Assembly (NCBI GenBank): GCA_048884965.1
Contig: JBHLQH010000009.1
Location: forward strand, 1 to 64,000
Source: Candidatus Thorarchaeota archaeon
GTDB lineage: Archaea > Asgardarchaeota > Thorarchaeia > Thorarchaeales > Thorarchaeaceae
Length of the DNA: 64,000 nucleotides
Reading direction: 5' to 3'
Both the position numbers and the translations under genes were made by a program. The notes under the pieces were generated by a model that was not told where the DNA came from, ran no database searches, and saw nothing but the letters and a program-made list of their open reading frames with translations. This document shows, one piece after another, positions 9,390-16,124 of the stretch. How positions within the stretch are numbered: the stretch's first letter is position 1; each line of letters opens with the position of its first letter.

Positions 9390-11435
9390 TCAATCGGTAA
9401 CAGCTTTCTGCTTGATCTGCCTGTAGTAAGCAAATCCAAGGTAGATTCCTATTGCTGTCCCGATACATATAGCCACGTCTAAAGATGGACCTAGACTAGT
9501 AGTAGAAACCACTACAAGAACAGAGTCACTGGCTTCATTCCAGCAAGTATCACGAATCACAATAGTAAAGATGTAGATTCCTGGTATGAGTCCGGTTAGA
9601 TTTATCGTAATCCTACTTTCATTCCAGATACCGGATTGCACAACAAAACCGTTGCAGAGGATCGTGTAATTTAGAGGATGAGCATCATTAGCATTCCATT
9701 CTATAACTTGGTCTAACTCGTTCAGACTGCAGTAAATGTTCTCAGGAGTATCTATTGTTGGTAGAACTGTATCTGCTTTCATCGGGAAATGATCGATACC
9801 ATCACCATGTCCATCAGTTACGTAATATCCCACACCAGAATAATCTCCCCAGTAGTTACCTAGAGAACCGTTGTCCCACCAATTCATGCCCTCAATATTT
9901 ACAGCAGACGAAAAGAGATCATCTACAGCATTTGATCTGATATTCCAAGCTATCGTGTTGTTGTAAACAAGATTGTAGTCACTATCATGATCGAGCTTGA
10001 TTCCCCAATTGTGATTGTTTGTGATGAGATTGCTGAAGATTGTGTTATTGCTGGATTCGCTAAATGTGATACCGTAGCCATAAGTTTCGTTTCCAATCAC
10101 CTTGTTATTATAGATTAAGATAGAATTAGAGGAAAGACAATACAAACCAACATTATTTCCCATAAATTCAGAATTCATAAATATCAAATACTCAGAATAC
10201 GTGATACGTACGGCCATGTAATTCCATCTAAAGGATGCGTCCTGAATCAAACAATCGACTGAATGTTCAATGCATAAAGCTTCCTCTGCATCTGTGATAT
10301 GGATATCTGTAAGAGTTCCTCTGGAAGTACCTACAATATACAGAGGATATCTACCTCCTGAAATTGAGATGTTCTCTAGTTCTATATCATCCGCCCATAG
10401 TAAGTATATACCTCTCCATGATATATTGTTCATGGTGAGATTCCTGATACTTAGTTTCGAAACTTCTTGACATTTCACTCCATTAGTGCACATCTCGAAG
10501 TATGTATCATGTATTTGGATATCCTCTGACTGATAGATGTCGATTGCAGAGTCAGTTCTGATAAAAACACCACTTGAGAGAACAATCTCGGAACAGTTGA
10601 ACAACAGAATGTACCCATAGTCATTCATATTCACGGCTTTCGACTTTTGTTCAATGAACACTCCAAGTGGTTTCCCATTGACTGTAGTATTAGTGAGTGT
10701 ATGATTGAAATCCTCTTTCCTAGATCCTACTATTTCGATGCTGTCATTGACAAAAGCATTGTTACTTATCACTGCATTTTCAGAGGTAATCATATAGCAA
10801 CCAAATTCATTATCACGAATTACACAGCATTGTATTGTAATATTATCACATGTGTTGATGAAAATTCCGTTGCGATTTTCAAATAATGTAGCATTTTCGA
10901 TTCTTGTTTCATCAGAAGAATGGAGAAATATTCCATATGAGTTGTTGTGAATTTTGCAATTCATGATGGTAGTCTTGTCTTGCAACACATCTATTGCTCG
11001 TAATGAATGTCCATACAATTCTGTATTGTTAATAACCGAATTTGGAGAATTGCGGAGATATACCCCAGTGGAACTGGATATCAATAGGCATCCATTGATT
11101 ACAAAATGCAAACTCACAGATTCGATGGATATACAACACGATTCATCCTCAATTCGATAATTACTGATGTAGAAAGGATTGCTAGCCGATCCATTTCCTA
11201 ACCACCCTTCATTACCAGCTTGTTCAACGATATCTGTGTCTGATGTAATTACAATTGCGTCATGCAGGATTTGACTCGAAATAAAGGATTCAGTTACAAT
11301 AGAGTTATCGATGTTATCATGAGTTGATTGAAACGGATCAAATTCAACCAAAGGTGTAATAGAAAATAGGACTATTAGCAATATAATTACTGTAGGGATC
11401 CAACAATTCCCTCCTCCATTGATATTCAAATCCAC
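9390..11435 (-). CDS. NosD/CASH right-handed beta-helix surface protein with C-terminal Ig-like domain and TM anchor
   Basis: GNGSASNPFYI, many 'N..GI.L..S.N..I.NN' coils, GNYWGDYSG...D.FP, C-terminal TM plus basic tail. Confidence 0.85.
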   Translation of the reverse strand: MDLNINGGGNCWIPTVIILLIVLFSITPLVEFDPFQSTHDNIDNSIVTESFISSQILHDAIVITSDTDIVEQAGNEGWLGNGSASNPFYISNYRIEDESCCISIESVSLHFVINGCLLISSSTGVYLRNSPNSVINNTELYGHSLRAIDVLQDKTTIMNCKIHNNSYGIFLHSSDETRIENATLFENRNGIFINTCDNITIQCCVIRDNEFGCYMITSENAVISNNAFVNDSIEIVGSRKEDFNHTLTNTTVNGKPLGVFIEQKSKAVNMNDYGYILLFNCSEIVLSSGVFIRTDSAIDIYQSEDIQIHDTYFEMCTNGVKCQEVSKLSIRNLTMNNISWRGIYLLWADDIELENISISGGRYPLYIVGTSRGTLTDIHITDAEEALCIEHSVDCLIQDASFRWNYMAVRITYSEYLIFMNSEFMGNNVGLYCLSSNSILIYNNKVIGNETYGYGITFSESSNNTIFSNLITNNHNWGIKLDHDSDYNLVYNNTIAWNIRSNAVDDLFSSAVNIEGMNWWDNGSLGNYWGDYSGVGYYVTDGHGDGIDHFPMKADTVLPTIDTPENIYCSLNELDQVIEWNANDAHPLNYTILCNGFVVQSGIWNESRITINLTGLIPGIYIFTIVIRDTCWNEASDSVLVVVSTTSLGPSLDVAICIGTAIGIYLGFAYYRQIKQKAVTD

Positions 11436-11514
11436 TCTCTCCGAAATTCGTTTACTTTGAAAGTTCTTAAATTTATACTACAGTAGTTGAACATGGACAC
11501 ATGCTAATTTCATT

Positions 11515-11554
11515 TCCTTGGCATGGAGGAAGTCCCGAGTTCAAATCTCAGCCG
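11515..11554 (+). repeat. tRNA-Ala(GGC) anticodon arm and T-arm, intron-less form, decayed 3' end (copy 8)
   Basis: TTCC-TTGGCAT-GGAGG-AaGTC-CCGAG-TTCAAAT-CTCaG-CCG; the 7-nt anticodon loop with GGC identifies Ala. Confidence 0.88.
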
Positions 11555-11567
11555 ATTCAGATCCATC

Positions 11568-12095
11568 TCATGTTTCTATCCTATTGCCTATCGAATAATA
11601 ATTGAAATCTCCGCCGATCGCCCATATCATAGGTTGGACTTTTCTCAAGTCCATTTTTCCATCCAGTAGCACATCTTGATCAGCATATGATGCCACCACC
11701 TCTCCAATTATACCATCATTAGGGTCATAGTCTAATATCTCTGTGACTCTGCACTCCATATTCAATGGGCAATCCGATATCATTGGAGCCGTATCTAATT
11801 CACCATAGAAGACCTCGAAGAGCGAAGACTTGTCGTAGTCCCTACCAGATTTGCTTCCACAGATATTCACCTTCTCCAACATGTCCTTAGAGGGGATATT
11901 CACACTGAAGGTCATATTCTCATGGATGCCAATCCTTGTGTACCGTTTCTTGTACAGGCTAAAGAATATGTGTTTTCCAAAGTTGAATGGAGAAATATAG
12001 CCAATCACTAGAAAATTCGGTCGGTTATCGACCATAGAGCCTACCAAGGCCACTGGAAGAGGATTCAACAGATTGCCTCTTACTACTTCCTTCAA
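11568..12095 (-). CDS. Flavin reductase family protein (flavoredoxin-like)
   Basis: P.PVALVGS, FSVNIP, CGSKSGR..DK, APMI.DCP.NMEC.V. Confidence 0.9.
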   Translation of the reverse strand: MKEVVRGNLLNPLPVALVGSMVDNRPNFLVIGYISPFNFGKHIFFSLYKKRYTRIGIHENMTFSVNIPSKDMLEKVNICGSKSGRDYDKSSLFEVFYGELDTAPMISDCPLNMECRVTEILDYDPNDGIIGEVVASYADQDVLLDGKMDLRKVQPMIWAIGGDFNYYSIGNRIET

Positions 12096-12124
12096 AGTCA
12101 GTCCTCCATCACAATCCTATCATC

Positions 12125-12727
12125 CTATCCCCTCAAAGGAATGCCATATGCCTCCGAAAACGCAATTTGATGCAATGCATTTGTTGAACGAGGCGTTGGC
12201 TCACCATTCGGTATCCCTAATGTGACTAATGCAACGATATCTACATTGTCAGGTATCCGAAGTGCTGCTTTTACAACGCCAACATCATCCGTGTTTCTAG
12301 AATCAAGCATTGCGACCCAGCAAGATCCATATCCTAGGGCAGTTGCAGCTAGGACAAGATGCTCTGTAGCGATCATAGTGTCTTGTACATGCCACATTGA
12401 CGGATTATTTGGACAACAAGAAGATTCTCTATTTGCTAATGCCATGACTACTGCCTTTGCTTTGGCTATGAATCCCTGCCTTCCTGCAACAAGAGAGAGT
12501 AGCTTGATAGTTTCTGGTTCCTTTACAATCAGATACTGCCAAGGTTGAGTGTTGTTTGTGGACGGCGCAAGACGAGCCGCTTCAATCATCTTCATTATGT
12601 CTGCATCGGGAATATCGATATTCTTGTATTCCCTTATACTCCTTCGATTTCTCACAACCTGAAAGAAATCGGATTCATTACTATCTGCAATCTCAGAGGA
12701 TTTCTGCATCATATCACCATCAAACAT
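12125..12727 (-). CDS. Nitroreductase family protein
   Basis: RRSIREY, EAARLAPS.NN.QPW, LAATALGYGSCW. Confidence 0.92.
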   Translation of the reverse strand: MFDGDMMQKSSEIADSNESDFFQVVRNRRSIREYKNIDIPDADIMKMIEAARLAPSTNNTQPWQYLIVKEPETIKLLSLVAGRQGFIAKAKAVVMALANRESSCCPNNPSMWHVQDTMIATEHLVLAATALGYGSCWVAMLDSRNTDDVGVVKAALRIPDNVDIVALVTLGIPNGEPTPRSTNALHQIAFSEAYGIPLRG

Positions 12728-12802
12728 CCATATCTATTATCGGATGCCCAATATATCTGACGTCCAATATATAAACATGATAATCTAAGCAAGAAATCAC
12801 TT

Positions 12803-12850
12803 CATGGAGAAGTATGGGAGTCCAAATTTCAAGTCCGGATCAGGCGACCA
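12803..12850 (+). repeat. Decayed tRNA-Ala fragment fused to the 3' tip of a different tRNA (C1:G72/A73, Tyr-like)
   Basis: CATGGAGaAG.....GAGTcCAAATtTC resembles the Ala repeat. 12828-12850 TTCAAGT-CCGGA-TCAGGCG-A-CCA has exact tRNA 7+5+7+1+3 spacing. Confidence 0.5.
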
Positions 12851-12920
12851 CTACTTTGTTCTTCCACTAATCGTAGGCTCTCTAATTCATAACCAAATCT
12901 ACATTGAGCGAATTTCATTC

Positions 12921-13448
12921 TCACCCTTCGCGATAGACTCTCATAACCTCGAGGACTCTGTTACCCTCTTTTGTGGAGCATTTGTTGCATGTTGGTCGTT
13001 CAGCTGAAATAAGATGGTATCCAACGTGTGCGGTTCTATTTGATGTTTGATTCGTGGATACTACTAGCTCGCATGAAGTAAGGTACAATTCTTCCTCATG
13101 CGTTCTCTCCCAAATTCTGGCAACATGTATTTGCTTTCCAGTACTTGTGACATATAGCTTTCTTGGAGGGAATTTTCTACGAACGAATATACCTCCAACA
13201 ATTACTGAGATTGCAAGTAAAAGCAAGTAAGGAAGGATGTGGAGATCATATCGATAGGGAGGGGTCCATGTGTAGTACTGAATATTCCAATAGCCGGGTG
13301 ACAGCAAGAAGACAAACAGTAGGATTATCCCCAGATACACCAAGGATGTACCGAATGCACGATTCCATTCATCATCCATTTGCTTTACCCTCAACCTATC
13401 ATACCCGCGAAAGCATTTCATGCTTTCTACGCGTCTGCGTGCGCTCAA
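12921..13448 (-). CDS. Hypothetical membrane protein (2 TM)
   Basis: Two hydrophobic segments; HV..., C, CNKC residues in the C-terminal part; start uncertain. Confidence 0.55.
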   Translation of the reverse strand: MSARRRVESMKCFRGYDRLRVKQMDDEWNRAFGTSLVYLGIILLFVFLLSPGYWNIQYYTWTPPYRYDLHILPYLLLLAISVIVGGIFVRRKFPPRKLYVTSTGKQIHVARIWERTHEEELYLTSCELVVSTNQTSNRTAHVGYHLISAERPTCNKCSTKEGNRVLEVMRVYREG

Positions 13449-13619
13449 AAGCTGGGGTATGCTATACGCATTAGGAAAAGGAGATCGACTAAGTCTTCCA
13501 TTCTGAGTTCAGAGATATCATTTGAAATACTGGGAGTACGCCAATGCAGGTTTGGATGGAATAAAGGGGGTTTCTATCAAAGAAATCTCAAGTGTCCACC
13601 TTAGTTCATCATCTGACGA

Positions 13620-14282
13620 CTAGGGATAGCACAATTCCCAATCTGAATGATATGAATGGACTAGACTCATCAACTCAAGATATGCATCCTCTGAGAAGAA
13701 TGGTCTAGGGCAAGTTGCTTCTCCATCGTAGACTGCGAAGTGTATATGTGCCCCGCCTCCTATAGCAAGAAAATGACCGATCGTGTCCCCCTTGGCTACC
13801 CAATCACCTACCTCGATTTCAAGCATTTCTATTTGTCGGTCTGCATCTGTTGAGTTCGTAGTCCATGGTTCAAAGACATACCCGATCTGAATTGACTCAT
13901 TGAATCTGATCGAAACATGAATCATGTATATATTCTCAGTTGGACCTGTATCAGTCCAATGAATCTCCTCCACAAGTCCCGGTGCAGCGGCTATCACTTC
14001 AGAGTCATTCACAAATGCAAAATCGAGCCCGTTATGAGTAGCCCCCCAAGGACAGTTTGTACTCTCGCTATATCCGCCATTCCAATTTAGGATGTCAGAT
14101 TGGTTCGTGTAGATGATGCCCATGTAGTTCAGGTTAGCAGAATCATAACGCCCTTCGTTGTCAAATGTATTCTCTCCATTTGGCGGATCTGGATTAATCG
14201 GAACGCCTCCAAATTGGATATACAAAACAACCCCAATGCAAATTATGACCAGTAATATGATACAGCTAGTTCTTCTTCGCAT
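13620..14282 (-). CDS. Membrane-anchored M23-family peptidase-like protein
   Basis: N-terminal TM; HNGLD, VIAAAPGLV, VGDWVAKGDTIG, AHIHF. Confidence 0.8.
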   Translation of the reverse strand: MRRRTSCIILLVIICIGVVLYIQFGGVPINPDPPNGENTFDNEGRYDSANLNYMGIIYTNQSDILNWNGGYSESTNCPWGATHNGLDFAFVNDSEVIAAAPGLVEEIHWTDTGPTENIYMIHVSIRFNESIQIGYVFEPWTTNSTDADRQIEMLEIEVGDWVAKGDTIGHFLAIGGGAHIHFAVYDGEATCPRPFFSEDAYLELMSLVHSYHSDWELCYP

Positions 14283-14329
14283 AATTCTCTGCTATAGAGA
14301 AATGAATTCAAAAGGTTGTTCATTATCCC

Positions 14330-14434
14330 TCATGATACCAAACCGGTAAACAGAGGACAGTAGATGTGGTCGTAGCCATACATATCCGGGCCATCCCCTT
14401 GTCCCTTGTCGAATCCATGCCAACAAATGGGAAT
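14330..14434 (-). pseudogene. C-terminal relic of a DNA methyltransferase paralogous to 19..636
   Basis: Minus-strand frame IPICWHGFDKGQGDGPDMYGYDHIYCPLF versus the MTase end IIICWQEEDESCFELFGYNHFYCLVF; in-frame stop two codons upstream (14438-14440). Confidence 0.7.
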
Positions 14435-14503
14435 CCATCATCTCACCATCCTGTTGTAGATGGACTCTCCTAGTAATTGAATGGCACGAAAACATGATGG
14501 ACG

Positions 14504-14543
14504 GAAAAGAAAAGACACAGTCAGTGAGTTCCAGACTGTGTCT
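14504..14543 (-). terminator. Hairpin plus T-tract after 14564..15979
   Basis: AGACACAGTC...GACTGTGTCT stem; TTTCTTTTC follows on the minus strand. Confidence 0.65.
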
Positions 14544-14563
14544 ATTATCGGTTGATAGGGTCT

Positions 14564-15979
14564 CTATCCAAAGAATGTGTAGGAGCACTGATTGACGATC
14601 TTCGGATTCTGCACATATGTGCCGCTTGTTGGCATCAGAGCCTTTGCAGCATAGAATGCATCGACTGCATTGTACCCATTCTTCACATAATTCCAGAAGT
14701 AGTTGGCAAATACCTCCTCTCCTGGGAGCGCACCAACTGCCCACGAGTTATGTTCCTCATCGGATGAAGACATCGCGAGATAGCCGCCACCTGCCATGTC
14801 ATCTGCAAAGTCACCAGAGTGACAGGAGGAGATGAGCATGCCGACCTTTGTGCTATCTAGCTGATCACAATAGGACCTGAAAGTGTTCGAATAGACAATG
14901 CTTGATGAGGGTGCGAAGGCTGTGTATGAATGGTAACCATCGTTGTTCCCGTGTCCAAAGAGATAGAAGAAGACGATATCATCAGCGTCCTCATACGCAG
15001 CTACCTGCGAGAAGTCGCTGTAGAAGTTACTTGTATCCCTGAACTCGAAGAACTTTGTGTATCCTTCATTCTGTAGATATCCCTTGTACTCATTGATTAC
15101 GGTCTGTGTGCCAGCATCGCTTGCCCAGAAGAAGACTGCAATCTTCTCAGCCTCTCCGCCGCCACCACCGCCATAGGTCAATGTGACCGTGAGGCTGTAC
15201 GAACCGGAGCCGCTATATGAACGGACCATGATATACCATGTGCCTGCGCCTGGAGTGTTGAAGGTGACCTCCTCTCCACCACTGGTATAACCCCGCCAGT
15301 CATAGGTTGAGGTTGTAGGCTCTGCACCACGCCTTCCATAGAGGTCAAAGTCAGCTGAGCCACAGGTGAGTACAGAGTACATGCTTTCGCAGTCTGCATC
15401 CACTTCGATTGTCCACATCTCTGTTGCTCCAGTTGCTGAAAGGGAGCTGGTCACAGTGACACCGCTCTCAAGCTCGTTGTCGCCGCCACCTCCACCGCCG
15501 CCACCGATATACTCGATTTGATCGATTGCAAAGCCCCACTTCGTAATCGAATAATCTGTATCAAGACGAACCTTGATGGATTCTCCATAGCTCCAAGATG
15601 ACCACCCTCCAGATGAGTAGAGACCGGTGAGACTATGGAGTCTGGTATTTGCATAGTCGTAGACATAGACATAGTCATATCTGGACTCCACATCGATTTT
15701 TGTAAAGTGGACTCTGATCTGTGTCGCTCCAGCCTCGGTTATAGTCCAGGTATAGTCGAAATTGTTTGCATAGGGATGAGATGATTCCAACACATACGTT
15801 TCGACGTCTAGCGGATTGAGTGCAAATGACTGCCTTTCCACGCCTCGCACATTACTATCCTGCTGTAATTTCATTTGCTCCATTGGGATTACAAATGGTT
15901 TTGCATTGGCAAACATGGGTATTGCTGCAAAAACAAATACAAACAGAAAGAACAACGATAGAACTTTCGTTTTCTTCAT
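14564..15979 (-). CDS. Secreted CUB, PPC and caspase-fold (clan CD) peptidase-like protein
   Basis: Signal peptide MKKTKVL; ESSHPY.NN..TWTI...IRVHF..DYVYVY...TD.S...GF (CUB); DFDLY.R.GA.PT...YD (PPC); FFYLFGHG...ISSCHSG dyad; poly-Gly linkers. Confidence 0.75.
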   Translation of the reverse strand: MKKTKVLSLFFLFVFVFAAIPMFANAKPFVIPMEQMKLQQDSNVRGVERQSFALNPLDVETYVLESSHPYANNFDYTWTITEAGATQIRVHFTKIDVESRYDYVYVYDYANTRLHSLTGLYSSGGWSSWSYGESIKVRLDTDYSITKWGFAIDQIEYIGGGGGGGGDNELESGVTVTSSLSATGATEMWTIEVDADCESMYSVLTCGSADFDLYGRRGAEPTTSTYDWRGYTSGGEEVTFNTPGAGTWYIMVRSYSGSGSYSLTVTLTYGGGGGGEAEKIAVFFWASDAGTQTVINEYKGYLQNEGYTKFFEFRDTSNFYSDFSQVAAYEDADDIVFFYLFGHGNNDGYHSYTAFAPSSSIVYSNTFRSYCDQLDSTKVGMLISSCHSGDFADDMAGGGYLAMSSSDEEHNSWAVGALPGEEVFANYFWNYVKNGYNAVDAFYAAKALMPTSGTYVQNPKIVNQCSYTFFG

Positions 15980-16124
15980 ATATTTACACCACGCGAATGG
16001 TTTCGAACCCTCGAAACCATAATGCAGAATTTCCAAGCTTGTTTATATATCTTACTTGTTAAAAATGCATTATGTAACTGGATAGACTGAAACATGCACG
16101 CTTAGTAACTAGAACAAGTGCATC

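Larger units (their letters stand above)
1..14434 (+). mobile_element. tRNA-Ala(GGC) 3'-fragment-delimited array of small gene cassettes (tandem islets; no integrase in window)
   Basis: Direct repeats of GGAGGAGGTCCCGAGTTCAMATCTCGGCCGGTCCACCA recur between unrelated accessory genes. The left end is cut by the window edge. The right limit is approximate and set at the MTase relic. Confidence 0.75.

Noticed and set aside
1-11554. Interpreting the ~38-nt repeats as a CRISPR array
   Set aside because: Spacers are 0.4-4.6 kb and contain whole genes, the repeat is a tRNA 3' half, and no cas genes are present.
692-11554. Calling the repeats functional tRNA genes or split-tRNA halves
   Set aside because: None has the 5' acceptor strand or a complete D-arm, several have broken stems or CCA, and no complementary leader sequences for trans-splicing were seen.
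13583-13600. AAATCTCAAGTGTCCACC as a definite repeat copy
   Set aside because: Too short and degenerate to list as a feature. It is mentioned only as a possible trace because it lies at a gene boundary.
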